DNA from: Idiomarina loihiensis L2TR
GTDB taxonomy: Bacteria; Pseudomonadota; Gammaproteobacteria; Enterobacterales; Alteromonadaceae
Assembly (NCBI RefSeq): GCF_000008465.1
Contig: NC_006512.1
Location: 2,460,001-2,492,000 of the forward strand
Reading direction: 5' to 3'
DNA length: 32,000 nucleotides
The notes beneath the pieces are model-generated. The model was given only the letters and a program-made list of their open reading frames with translations. It made no database searches and was not told the origin of the DNA. The translations under genes were made by a program, and so were the position numbers. This document shows positions 1-8,795 of this stretch, one piece after another (within the stretch, counting starts at the first letter, position 1; every line of letters starts with the position of its first letter).

Positions 1-1023
1 GGGCTTAATACCAACGCTGGAAATAATAATGCCAATTACCAGAATCGTGAACCAGATAATCCGAAAAGCTCTGCTGCGTAAATTAACGGACCAGCCCATA
101 ATTCCACAAAGCGCATAAGCACTAGCTAAAGGCGCGGTTGTTGCCGACGAAATACCCGCCGCAAACAACCCTATTGCCATTAAATAAGTGGCTCCGTCTC
201 CAAACAATGGTCTTAAAGATTCAGCCAAGTCACCAGCACTCTCTATCTCAACTTGCTGACCAAAAAAGGCCGAAGCAGCTGTAGCCACAATGGCCATAGA
301 AATAAGGCCGCCAAAAGGAATAGAGAGAAAAAGGTCACGCCGCGCGGCTGGCAATTCTTCTGCCGTTTTCCACTTTTTTGAAACACTGGATGCATGCAGG
401 AAAATATTATAAGGAACCACAGTTGTGCCAATTAAAGCCACAACTGTTAAAGTCGCTCCGGTAGGCATGGAAAAACCAAAGGTACCATTGAATACCGCCC
501 CCCAGTCAGGGTCTGTTAATAGAAACGTGCCGATAAAAGCCACGCTCATTAACAGCACCATAACGATAAGAGCTCGTTCTATCACCCGCGCATTACCAGA
601 CCAAAGTATTAATAGCGCAATAATACCAATAATAAGCGCCCAGGCATTACTCAGCCAGACATCAAGTACAGGTACCGGTCCAAGCAGTTCGCTGGCACCC
701 AGGCTTGCCCCGGAAAGGTTGCCCCCCTGATAGACACTATTGCCAATAGCAATAGCACTAAAAATGAGCAACAGCGCCAGCCACCGAAGCCAGCCAGAGG
801 TTAAGTTATTACGAATATTCTCGCCCAGACCAGCTTGAGTGACTAACCCAATACGGGCAGACATTTCCTGCAAAATGACACAGGCGACAACGGAAAACAG
901 CAATGCCCACAGCAATGCATAACCAAAATTAGCACCAGCTAGTGAAGCAGTAACTACCGTACCCGGACCAATAAAAGCCGCAGCGACCAGGGCGCCTGGG
1001 CCAAAGTTAGACAGTTTCAACAT
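1..1023 (-). CDS. NRAMP-fold membrane transporter, N-terminal 341 codons; the gene continues past the left window edge. The metal-binding motifs are non-canonical.
   Basis: Absent from the supplied ORF track because it runs off the edge. The reverse complement from the ATG at 1021-1023 (AGGA about 7 nt upstream) reads MLKLSNFGPGALVAAAFIGPGTVVTASLAGANFGYALLW... and stays open to position 1. It is multi-TM. The TM1-like and TM6-like stretches (GTTVVPYNIFLHAS) align by eye to the MntH signatures. Confidence 0.8.
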   Translation of the reverse strand, partial: MLKLSNFGPGALVAAAFIGPGTVVTASLAGANFGYALLWALLFSVVACVILQEMSARIGLVTQAGLGENIRNNLTSGWLRWLALLLIFSAIAIGNSVYQGGNLSGASLGASELLGPVPVLDVWLSNAWALIIGIIALLILWSGNARVIERALIVMVLLMSVAFIGTFLLTDPDWGAVFNGTFGFSMPTGATLTVVALIGTTVVPYNIFLHASSVSKKWKTAEELPAARRDLFLSIPFGGLISMAIVATAASAFFGQQVEIESAGDLAESLRPLFGDGATYLMAIGLFAAGISSATTAPLASAYALCGIMGWSVNLRSRAFRIIWFTILVIGIIISSVGIKP

Positions 1024-1189
1024 AAGTATTCCTGTGCCCCGGAGACAACAGAAAATTTAATTTTTTGATTAACCCATTTATTGTTTTTATTTTGCATGGG
1101 AAGCATGTCCGTTTGACGGTAATTTAACCGCTGAGTCTATCTCACTTTAGAGGATTGCACAAAGCACCTCACTGCGGTAAAACAGTGCT

Positions 1190-3031
1190 ATGACAAAGAC
1201 AAAATTAGACTGGTCAAAAATACTGAAATCCGGGCAGAGGATCTTTATAGGTTCTCACGCGGCGGTGCCTACGGCCCTTATTGATGACCTGATAGAAAAT
1301 TCGAAAAACCTGCACGATATTGAAATTGTGCAGTTAATGACGCTGTCTGATAACAAATGGGCAGGTCCGCAGTATCAGCAACTCTTTAAGGTAAACACCT
1401 TTTTTATTGGTGGGGATACAGTACGAACTGCGGTTAACGAAGGACGCGCAGATTACACTCCCAGCTTTATTTCCGACATTCCTAATTTATTCAGTAACGG
1501 AATTCTGCCGCTGGATGCGGCCTTAATTATGGTCAGCCCCGCCGACAAGTACGGTTACCATTCTATGGGCGTGTCGGTTGATGTGGTTGCCGCGGCAGCT
1601 AAGTCTGCCAATACGGTAATAGCGCAGGTTAACCCTAATATGCCGGTTACCTATGGACAGTCGTTTCTGCACACGAACCAGATTCACCATTTTTGGGAAC
1701 ATGCGGCGCCACTACCGGAGCTGCCGCCGCCAAGCCTGGAAAACAATAAAATCATTGAACGTATAGGCCAGTACATTGCTTTGCTGGTTGAAAATGGCGC
1801 GACTCTGCAAATTGGTGTGGGTACCATTTGCGCGGCGGCACTGCGTTACCTGAGCAATCACAAAGATCTTGGCATTCACAGTGAGCTTATCACTGACGAT
1901 GTTATGCACCTTATGCTCAAAGGGGTCATCAACAATCGTAAAAAAACCTTTCACCCGAACAAAATCGTCACCAGTTTTTGTATGGGTTCTAAAGCTCTGT
2001 ATGACTTTGTTGATCACAACCCCCACGTTGGTTTTTACCCTAGTGAGTACGTTAACTCACCGGCCAATGTCGCCCGCAACGACAAACTCGTGGCTATTAA
2101 TAGCGCCATTGAAGTGGACTTAACCGGACAGATTGTTTCCGACTCCATAGGACATCAGTTTTATAGCGGTATTGGCGGGCAAGTTGACTTCAGTCGTGGC
2201 GCTTCCTTAAGTAAGGGGGGTAAGCCCGTCATTGCTCTGCCGTCAACCACCGAAGACGGCAAAGTATCGCGCATTGTGCCTTTTATTCGTGAAGGAGCCG
2301 GAGTGGTCACCACGCGAGGGCACGTGCATTATGTCGTAACCGAATTTGGGGTGGCGTCGCTGCGCGGAAAAAGTATCCGCGAACGCGCATTAGAGCTGAT
2401 TCGTGTTGCCCACCCTAAATTCCGTAGCCATCTGTTACAGGAAGTACGCAAACACTACTGGGTGCCCAACTATCAGCAACAAACCCCTGTCGATGTGCCT
2501 GAACTTGGTGACATCGGTTTTAAAAAGCTAAAAATTAATAATGAGTCTTTCGACTTAAGACCTCTCTATCCATCAGACGAACGACGATTGCAGGAGTTTT
2601 TCTACTCTCATACCAAAGAAACTCTGCAGTTACGATACAACGCAGTGCCCACCAACATGACCCGGGAAAAATCCTGTAACTTGGTCAGCGTTGATCAGTC
2701 CAGAGACCTGGCCCTTTGTATTGTTCGCCAGAAGGGCTCAGCGGTTCAAATTCAGGCCGTAGGACGTTACTACTTCATTGAGTCTCAAAATAGCTGTGAA
2801 GTGGCTTTTGTTACCCGTGAGAAGTATCAGGGGCGGGGCATGGCGGGCATGTTACTGGATGAAATGATCCGTATTGCCAAAGAGCGCAAGCTGGACAGTA
2901 TGCAGGCCTATGTTCTGGCAGCTAATAAGCCCATGCTCAGCGTGTTCGAGCGCGGAGGCTTTAAGCGCCTACCCAGTGAAGAGCCCGGAGAAGTGCTGCT
3001 AAAACTCGAGCTGAACGAGGACGCAGACTAG
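1190..3031 (+). CDS. Fusion protein: acetyl-CoA hydrolase/CoA-transferase family domain (aa ~1-430) plus a C-terminal Pat-type GNAT acyltransferase domain (aa ~453-613)
   Basis: 613-aa ORF. The N-terminal part carries 4-hydroxybutyrate-CoA-transferase/acetyl-CoA-hydrolase-like motifs: GIHSE (Glu232) and SGIGGQVDF (aa 326-334). The C-terminal part has GNAT motif A, YQGRGMAG. It also shows the LRPL.P.DE..L..FF...S.E....RY layout typical of Pat/PatZ-type protein acetyltransferase GNAT domains. Confidence 0.8.
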   Translation: MTKTKLDWSKILKSGQRIFIGSHAAVPTALIDDLIENSKNLHDIEIVQLMTLSDNKWAGPQYQQLFKVNTFFIGGDTVRTAVNEGRADYTPSFISDIPNLFSNGILPLDAALIMVSPADKYGYHSMGVSVDVVAAAAKSANTVIAQVNPNMPVTYGQSFLHTNQIHHFWEHAAPLPELPPPSLENNKIIERIGQYIALLVENGATLQIGVGTICAAALRYLSNHKDLGIHSELITDDVMHLMLKGVINNRKKTFHPNKIVTSFCMGSKALYDFVDHNPHVGFYPSEYVNSPANVARNDKLVAINSAIEVDLTGQIVSDSIGHQFYSGIGGQVDFSRGASLSKGGKPVIALPSTTEDGKVSRIVPFIREGAGVVTTRGHVHYVVTEFGVASLRGKSIRERALELIRVAHPKFRSHLLQEVRKHYWVPNYQQQTPVDVPELGDIGFKKLKINNESFDLRPLYPSDERRLQEFFYSHTKETLQLRYNAVPTNMTREKSCNLVSVDQSRDLALCIVRQKGSAVQIQAVGRYYFIESQNSCEVAFVTREKYQGRGMAGMLLDEMIRIAKERKLDSMQAYVLAANKPMLSVFERGGFKRLPSEEPGEVLLKLELNEDAD

Positions 3032-3033
3032 CT

Positions 3034-3951
3034 ATGTCTATCGTTGTTTTTAGTCATTCAGATTGCCTGGAGCATATTCCGGATGAACAACACCCAGAGT
3101 GCCCGGCTCGCATAGCGGCCATTAACGACCAATTGATCCGCTCCGGAATGGACTTTGTTCTGGTCAGAAAAGACGCTTCCGACGCGCCACTTGAGGCTAT
3201 TTACAGAGCCCATACCAAAGAGCATGTCGATTTTGTTTTCGCGCAAATTCCGGAGTACGACCACGAGTGGATTGATCCGGACACCTTAATAACCGCAGGC
3301 AGTAAAGCCGCCGCGCTGAAGGCTGCCGGAGCCGCCATCAATGCAGTCGATGATGTACTGACCACTTACAACAAACAGGCCTTTTGTGCCGTGCGCCCGC
3401 CCGGACACCACGCCACCCGCGACAAAGCGATGGGCTTCTGCCTGTTCAATAATGTTGCTATTGCCGCTTACCATGCTCTGGAAACGCACGGGCTTGAACG
3501 CGTTGCCATTGTCGACTTTGACGTGCACCACGGCAATGGAACAGAAGACATTGTTCAGAACGATGAGCGTATTTTATTTTGTTCGTCTTTTCAGCAGGCG
3601 TTTTACCCCTTTACCGGCGAAGACACCAACGCCGACAATATCCACAACGTTCCCTTACCCGCAGGATGCAAAGGCCCACAATGGCAAGAAGCCGTTAGCC
3701 AAAAGTGGTTTAAGGCGTTAGATGACTTTGCTCCACAACTCATACTGATTTCTGCAGGGTTTGACGGCCACGCCGAAGACGACATGTCGCAGTTCTTATT
3801 GAAAGAAGAAGACTACCACTGGATAAGCCTCAAACTGAAAGAAATTGCCGATAATCATTGCGACGGCCGTATCGTATCTTGCCTGGAAGGCGGGTATAAT
3901 CTCAGCGCTTTAGGCCGCAGCGTGGTTGCGCATTTAAAAGGCTTGCTCTAA
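3034..3951 (+). CDS. Histone deacetylase (HDAC/AcuC/AphA) family Zn-dependent deacylase
   Basis: 305-aa ORF starting 2 nt after the upstream TAG. All signature motifs are present: RPPGHHA (His-His dyad), DFDVHHGNGTE (Asp/His Zn ligands), SAGFDGHAEDD (third Zn ligand) and EGGY (catalytic Tyr). Confidence 0.9.
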   Translation: MSIVVFSHSDCLEHIPDEQHPECPARIAAINDQLIRSGMDFVLVRKDASDAPLEAIYRAHTKEHVDFVFAQIPEYDHEWIDPDTLITAGSKAAALKAAGAAINAVDDVLTTYNKQAFCAVRPPGHHATRDKAMGFCLFNNVAIAAYHALETHGLERVAIVDFDVHHGNGTEDIVQNDERILFCSSFQQAFYPFTGEDTNADNIHNVPLPAGCKGPQWQEAVSQKWFKALDDFAPQLILISAGFDGHAEDDMSQFLLKEEDYHWISLKLKEIADNHCDGRIVSCLEGGYNLSALGRSVVAHLKGLL

Positions 3952-4026
3952 TTAGCTAAGGCTTAAATAGCGCCTAACACAGCAAGCTTCCATTCGTAAA
4001 AACATTCATAAAAAGAGTCGAGTATT

Positions 4027-5172
4027 ATGGGATTAATTCTTAAGCTAATTGCGGGTATTGTCGCCGGTATTCTCATTGGGCTATATATGCCCGAGTGGGT
4101 CAGCCAACTGTTATTGACCTTTAAAGCTCTGTTCGGTCAGTTGTTATTCTTTACCATCCCATTACTTATTTTGTTCTTCATTACCAGCGGTATTGCCAGC
4201 TTACCAAGCAACTCCGGAAAAATGCTCGGTAAAACCTTAGGTATAGCTTATGCCTCTACCGTCATCGCCGGTAGTGTTGCGTTTTTCGCCGCCAGCCTTG
4301 TCGTGCCCTGGCTGACCACCGATGCTCAAAGTGTTTCTACCGAAGCCAAAGCCACTATCGAACCTTTTATTGAACTGTCAGTTCCGCCACTTATGGAAGT
4401 CATGTCAGCTCTGGTTTTAGCCTTTATATTCGGGTTGGGCATTGCCAGTACTAAAGCTGAAAGTTTGAAAAAACTGTCGGATCAAGGCCGCGACATTATC
4501 GAGCTGCTGTTGGTTAAAGTTATTATTCCATTACTGCCGCTGTATATTGCCGGTATCTTTACAGAAATGGCCGTTGCCGGCACGGTGTTTAATACCCTGA
4601 AAACATTTGGTGTCATTCTGATACTTGCCGTTGCCCTGCACTGGGTTTACATCACCTCTATGTACATTATGGCGGGTATAAAAACCGGTCGTTCGCCACT
4701 GTTTTTAATTAAAAACATGCTGCCAGCCTATTTCACCGCGTTAGGTACTATGTCCAGTGCTGCAACTATTCCTGTTACCTTACAAAGCGTGCGTAAAAAC
4801 AAAGTCGATAATGACGTAGCCAACTTTACCGTGCCACTTTGCGCTACCGTTCACTTAGCTGGCTCCACCATTACCATTGTTAGCTGTGCGGTCGCGGTTA
4901 TGGTGCTGCATAATTCTCTGGCCATTCCCGGTTTCTTTACCATGCTGCCGTTTATTTTAATGCTTGGCATTGTCATGTTAGCCGCACCAGGTGTGCCCGG
5001 CGGCGCCGTTATGTCGGCAGTTGGCTTATTAGGTTCAATGCTGGGGTTCGGCGAAACTGCTATCGCCTTAATGATAGCCCTGTACATGGCACAAGACAGC
5101 TTCGGTACCGCCTGTAATATTACGGGTGATGGTGCTATTGCTATGTTTGTGGATAGTTCGAAAGAGAGTTAG
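4027..5172 (+). CDS. Dicarboxylate/amino acid:cation symporter (DAACS) family transporter
   Basis: 381-aa polytopic ORF. It carries the DAACS-type motifs MSSAATIPV, GVPGGAVM and NITGDGA. Substrate cannot be assigned from the sequence. Confidence 0.8.
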   Translation: MGLILKLIAGIVAGILIGLYMPEWVSQLLLTFKALFGQLLFFTIPLLILFFITSGIASLPSNSGKMLGKTLGIAYASTVIAGSVAFFAASLVVPWLTTDAQSVSTEAKATIEPFIELSVPPLMEVMSALVLAFIFGLGIASTKAESLKKLSDQGRDIIELLLVKVIIPLLPLYIAGIFTEMAVAGTVFNTLKTFGVILILAVALHWVYITSMYIMAGIKTGRSPLFLIKNMLPAYFTALGTMSSAATIPVTLQSVRKNKVDNDVANFTVPLCATVHLAGSTITIVSCAVAVMVLHNSLAIPGFFTMLPFILMLGIVMLAAPGVPGGAVMSAVGLLGSMLGFGETAIALMIALYMAQDSFGTACNITGDGAIAMFVDSSKES

Positions 5173-5244
5173 CAAACGAAGGTTCAGAACATTGAGTCGC
5201 TGGTGCGTATTAAACCCAATTTAAACGTACTAGCGATTAAAACT

Positions 5245-5320
5245 TGGAGCGGGAAACGAGATTCGAACTCGCGACCCCAACCTTGGCAAGGTTGTGCTCT
5301 ACCAGCTGAGCTATTCCCGC
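5245..5320 (-). tRNA. tRNA-Gly (anticodon GCC), copy 1
   Basis: The reverse complement is GCGGGAATAGCTCAGCTGGTAGAGCACAACCTTGCCAAGGTTGGGGTCGCGAGTTCGAATCTCGTTTCCCGCTCCA. It folds as a cloverleaf with anticodon loop TTGCCAA and an encoded CCA. It is near-identical to E. coli tRNA-Gly3. Confidence 0.97.
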
Positions 5321-5351
5321 GTATTGATACTTCTGGTGGAAAGACTGACGT

Positions 5352-5427
5352 TGGAGCGGGAAACGAGATTCGAACTCGCGACCCCAACCTTGGCAAGGTT
5401 GTGCTCTACCAGCTGAGCTATTCCCGC
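5352..5427 (-). tRNA. tRNA-Gly (anticodon GCC), copy 2; a tandem duplicate with a 107-bp period
   Basis: The 76-nt sequence is identical to copy 1, separated from it by a 31-nt spacer. It lies downstream of orn on the same strand, as glyVXY does in E. coli. Confidence 0.97.
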
Positions 5428-5445
5428 TTCGTCAGTGCGGCGTGT

Positions 5446-5473
5446 ATTCTACTGATACCACCGATAAGGTCAA
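5446..5473 (-). promoter_or_regulatory. Predicted sigma70 promoter for the tRNA-Gly pair, with a GC-rich discriminator
   Basis: The minus strand reads TTGACC, 16 nt, TAGAAT, then ACACGCCGC, ending about 18 nt upstream of the mature tRNA 5' end. A GC-rich discriminator is typical of stringently controlled stable-RNA promoters. Confidence 0.5.
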
Positions 5474-5495
5474 TAGTTTTCGCGCCGCAATTGGT

Positions 5496-6047
5496 TTATT
5501 TGCTGAAAAAATGCTCTCGATAGTGCTGTAATTCTGCAATAGACTCACGAATATCCGCTAAAGCCTCATGCGCACCTGACTTTTTAAAGCTATTAGCAAC
5601 TTCCGGGTTCCAGCGTTTGGCCAGCTCTTTTAATGTGCTGACGTCTAAGTTCCGGTAATGGAAAAAAGCTTCCAGTTCAGGCATATGCTTTGCCAGAAAA
5701 CGGCGATCCTGACAGATACTGTTACCGCACATTGGCGATACGCCAGCGTCAATGTACTGCCTTAAAAACTCAATCGTCTCTGCAGCCGCTTTACGCTCGT
5801 CGTGCTGACTCTCCTTTACCCGCTCAACGAGACCTGAGCCGGTGTGCGTTTTCACATTCCAGTCGTCCATTCTGTCCAGGTGCTTTTGCGGCTGATGAAC
5901 CGCAATAACAGGCCCTTCGGCCAGAGTATTTAACTGGGCATCGGTGACTATGGTAGCCACTTCAATAATATGATTCTCATCAGGCTCCAGACCTGTCATT
6001 TCAAGGTCAATCCAAATTAAGCGTTGTTTCTTATTGTCCTCGGTCAT
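5496..6047 (-). CDS. orn: Oligoribonuclease
   Basis: 183 aa. [35 protein letters not shown] and [17 protein letters not shown] are collinear with E. coli Orn. Confidence 0.97.
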   Translation of the reverse strand: MTEDNKKQRLIWIDLEMTGLEPDENHIIEVATIVTDAQLNTLAEGPVIAVHQPQKHLDRMDDWNVKTHTGSGLVERVKESQHDERKAAAETIEFLRQYIDAGVSPMCGNSICQDRRFLAKHMPELEAFFHYRNLDVSTLKELAKRWNPEVANSFKKSGAHEALADIRESIAELQHYREHFFSK

Positions 6048-6116
6048 TACCCTGCTCTCTCAATACAATTTGTTGTATGATAGCGTCATTTCTAGCACGA
6101 CAACAGGTTAACGGGC

Positions 6117-7160
6117 TTGGTAAAACGCAGACGTCTTAATAAAGGTCAGCAACGGCAAGTATCAGTCAATCAGAAAAAACGACTGAAAAACACCGATATA
6201 GAATGGACTGACAGCCAGCTTAATGCACCGGAACCCGGTCGCGTTATAAGCCGCTTTGGCCAACATGCCGATATCCGTGACGAGCAGGGAAATACCTATC
6301 GCTGCCATATTCGCCGAGTCATCAGTAGTCTGGTCTGTGGCGACAGTGTTTTATGGTCCAGATCTTCGGTTGAGCAACAAGGCATGCAGGGCGTAGTGGT
6401 TGCTGTTCAGGAGCGCGACAGCTTGCTTTCGCGCCCCGACTACTACGACGGTCTTAAACCGGTTGCCTCTAATATTGATCAAATCTTTATTATCTCGAGC
6501 GTATTGCCAAGCTTCTCCTCTCCGATTATCGATCGCTACTTAGTCGCCTGCGAAGACATTGGCATAGAACCGGTTATTGTCCTGAATAAAGCCGATTTAC
6601 TGCCGGAAATAGACGAAGACGAGCGCAACCATATCCAGCAGCGCTTAAAAGACTACGAGAGTATTGGCTATAAAGTCCTTAACGTCAGCAGTGCGACTCA
6701 GGATGGTCTGGATGCCCTGCAGGACATGCTGAAAGACAGTATTTCTATTGTGGTTGGGCAGTCCGGGGTGGGTAAATCCTCGCTGGTCAATCAACTATTA
6801 CCTGAGGTGAACGCAGAAACGAATTTAGTGTCCGATAATTCAGGATTAGGGCAGCACACAACCACCGTTGCTACTTGGTATGATTTAAAGCAAGGCGGAG
6901 CACTGATTGACTCTCCCGGAATTCGGGAGTTTTCATTATGGCATCTGGAACCCGAGCGAATCGCTCGTTGCTATGTGGACTTTCGCGACTATTTAGGCGG
7001 CTGTAAATTCCGTGACTGCAAACATGCAGACGACCCGGGTTGTGCATTACAGGAAGCTGTCAGCAACAATCAATTGCATGACTGGCGTCTTTCTAATTAT
7101 CATCGCATTATTGAGACTATGAAAACACAAAAGCCCAGTCGGGCAATTCGAGGTAAATAA
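6117..7160 (+). CDS. rsgA: Ribosome small-subunit-dependent GTPase A
   Basis: 347 aa with a TTG start. It has a circularly permuted GTPase (NKADL, then [10 protein letters not shown]), a DSPG motif and a C-terminal zinc motif, [14 protein letters not shown]. Confidence 0.93.
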   Translation: MVKRRRLNKGQQRQVSVNQKKRLKNTDIEWTDSQLNAPEPGRVISRFGQHADIRDEQGNTYRCHIRRVISSLVCGDSVLWSRSSVEQQGMQGVVVAVQERDSLLSRPDYYDGLKPVASNIDQIFIISSVLPSFSSPIIDRYLVACEDIGIEPVIVLNKADLLPEIDEDERNHIQQRLKDYESIGYKVLNVSSATQDGLDALQDMLKDSISIVVGQSGVGKSSLVNQLLPEVNAETNLVSDNSGLGQHTTTVATWYDLKQGGALIDSPGIREFSLWHLEPERIARCYVDFRDYLGGCKFRDCKHADDPGCALQEAVSNNQLHDWRLSNYHRIIETMKTQKPSRAIRGK

Positions 7161-7162
7161 CT

Positions 7163-8041
7163 GTGGCTAAGACCGATAAAGTCAAAATATTCTTCCAGCA
7201 TGTCATGCCTAAGCATTTAATTTCCCGCTTAATAGGAAAGTTTGCTGCGGCGCGTGCCGGATGGTTTACTCAGCTGTTTATCCGTTGGTTTATCCGACAG
7301 TATAAAATTGATATGAGTGAAGCCATTGAAGAATCGCCAAAAGCTTATAAAACCTTTAATGCGTTTTTTACCCGCCATTTAAAACCTGAGCTCAGACCCT
7401 TAGAGGCCAGCGAAAGCGAGCTCGCTCATCCGGTCGATGGTGCTGTCAGCCAATTGGGCGACATTGAAAACGGGCGTATTTTTCAGGCCAAAGGCCACGA
7501 TTATTCGTTACAGGAATTGCTGGGAGGCAACGAAGAAGACGCGAAACCTTTCGTTGACGGTAAATTCGCGACTATTTATTTGGCGCCGAAAGACTACCAT
7601 CGTATTCATATGCCCTGCGACGGCGTGCTGAAAAAAATGATTTATGTGCCAGGTGACCTGTACTCCGTTAACCCGTTAACGGCGGCTAATGTCCCTAACC
7701 TTTTTGCCCGAAATGAGCGCGTGGTTGCCATTTTTGATACCGAAGTTGGCCCCATGTCATTAGTATTGGTTGGCGCTACAATTGTTGCCAGTATCGGTAC
7801 TGTATGGTCTGGTACCATAACGCCTCCTACCGGCGGGCGTATTCAAAGTTGGTCATATCCAACCTCGGGGCACTCTGCGATACACCTTAAAAAAGGTGAG
7901 GAAATGGGTCACTTTAAACTGGGCTCGACCGTTGTGTTGACCTTTGCTAAAGACGCCATTGAGTTTAACGACGAACTTAAACCTCTGTCAGTGACCCGTA
8001 TGGGTGAAGTCATGGCAGAAATAAAAGAGAGCGACGATTGA
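7163..8041 (+). CDS. psd: Phosphatidylserine decarboxylase proenzyme
   Basis: 292 aa with a GTG start (GAGGT 9 nt upstream). The N-terminus aligns with E. coli Psd. The self-cleavage motif FKLGSTVV (LGST) is present. Confidence 0.93.
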   Translation: MAKTDKVKIFFQHVMPKHLISRLIGKFAAARAGWFTQLFIRWFIRQYKIDMSEAIEESPKAYKTFNAFFTRHLKPELRPLEASESELAHPVDGAVSQLGDIENGRIFQAKGHDYSLQELLGGNEEDAKPFVDGKFATIYLAPKDYHRIHMPCDGVLKKMIYVPGDLYSVNPLTAANVPNLFARNERVVAIFDTEVGPMSLVLVGATIVASIGTVWSGTITPPTGGRIQSWSYPTSGHSAIHLKKGEEMGHFKLGSTVVLTFAKDAIEFNDELKPLSVTRMGEVMAEIKESDD

Positions 8042-8766
8042 TTTTATGGGCTCACCGAGGAGCCAGTTATGAGGCTCCGGAAAACACGCTCGCCGCGTTC
8101 TCGCGCGCAATGGACAGCGGAGTGCATGGCATAGAGCTGGATGTTTACGCCATTGACGGTGAGCGTTTTGTCTTTCACGACCGGTATTTAGAACGCCTGA
8201 CCGCCACCCCGGGCAGATTAAAAGATTTAACCGCAGAGCAAATTCGGCATCTGAAAGTCTTCGGTCAGCAGTCTATACCCACGCTGCGAGAAGCTTTAGC
8301 TCATATTAACGGACATTGTCATGTCAACATCGAGCTTAAAGGCGATGTGCCGACCAAAGAGCTGTTACTGGACGTTGATTACGCTCTGCAGAACTCGAAT
8401 TTTAAGCCCGAGCAACTGCTGGTTTCGTCTTTTAACCACCATTGGTTACAACGCCTTAAAAAGCGTCGTCCCAGCATTAAAATTGGAGCGTTAAGTGCCA
8501 GTTGCCCTTTGAGTTATTGCTACTTCGCTGAAGAACTCAAAGCCTTCTCAGCTCATTTCGCTGTCGACTTTGTGACACCTGAGTTAGTCGCAGATGGTCA
8601 TCGCCGGGGCTTACAAGTTTATGTCTATACTGTGGATGGTCAGCACGACATTGAAGAACTGCACGCAATGGGAGTCGACGGTATTTTTACCAATCACCCT
8701 AGTTATGCACACAACGTCGTTGCCGGCCTGACCACTGCCGGCAACGAACCTATTCTGCACTATTAG
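8038..8766 (+). CDS. Cytoplasmic glycerophosphodiester phosphodiesterase family protein (UgpQ-like)
   Basis: 242 aa. The N-terminal WAHRGAS.EAPENT motif and HGIELDV are typical of the GDPD family. The only in-frame start ahead of that motif is a TTG that overlaps the psd stop (TTGA). There is no signal peptide. Confidence 0.8.
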   Translation: MILWAHRGASYEAPENTLAAFSRAMDSGVHGIELDVYAIDGERFVFHDRYLERLTATPGRLKDLTAEQIRHLKVFGQQSIPTLREALAHINGHCHVNIELKGDVPTKELLLDVDYALQNSNFKPEQLLVSSFNHHWLQRLKKRRPSIKIGALSASCPLSYCYFAEELKAFSAHFAVDFVTPELVADGHRRGLQVYVYTVDGQHDIEELHAMGVDGIFTNHPSYAHNVVAGLTTAGNEPILHY

Positions 8767-8771
8767 CACCG

Positions 8772-8795
8772 CAGACCATCAACTATGATGGTCTG
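8772..8795. other. Perfect 10-bp stem, 4-nt loop hairpin at a convergent gene junction
   Basis: CAGACCATCA-acta-TGATGGTCTG. It lies between the GDPD stop (8766) and the RND pump, and it contains the pump stop codon (8779-8781) and last five codons. No U-run follows on either strand. Confidence 0.5.

Noticed and set aside
1040-1110. AT-rich stretch upstream of the NRAMP-like gene, examined as a possible Fur or MntR operator
   Set aside because: The best alignment to the 19-bp Fur box matched only about 9 of 19 positions, and there is no MntR-type palindrome. The transporter also lacks the metal site, so metal regulation is not expected.
5184-5523. Track ORFs of 70 aa (minus strand) and 106 aa (plus strand) spanning this region
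   Set aside because: They are read straight through the two tRNA-Gly genes and their spacer. The repeated tRNA sequence creates the open frames, so they are not coding.
6063-6078. Dyad ATACAA-tttg-TTGTAT in the orn / rsgA divergent intergenic region
   Set aside because: It is short and AT-rich, and I cannot assign it to any known operator family. Such dyads arise by chance in AT-rich promoter DNA.
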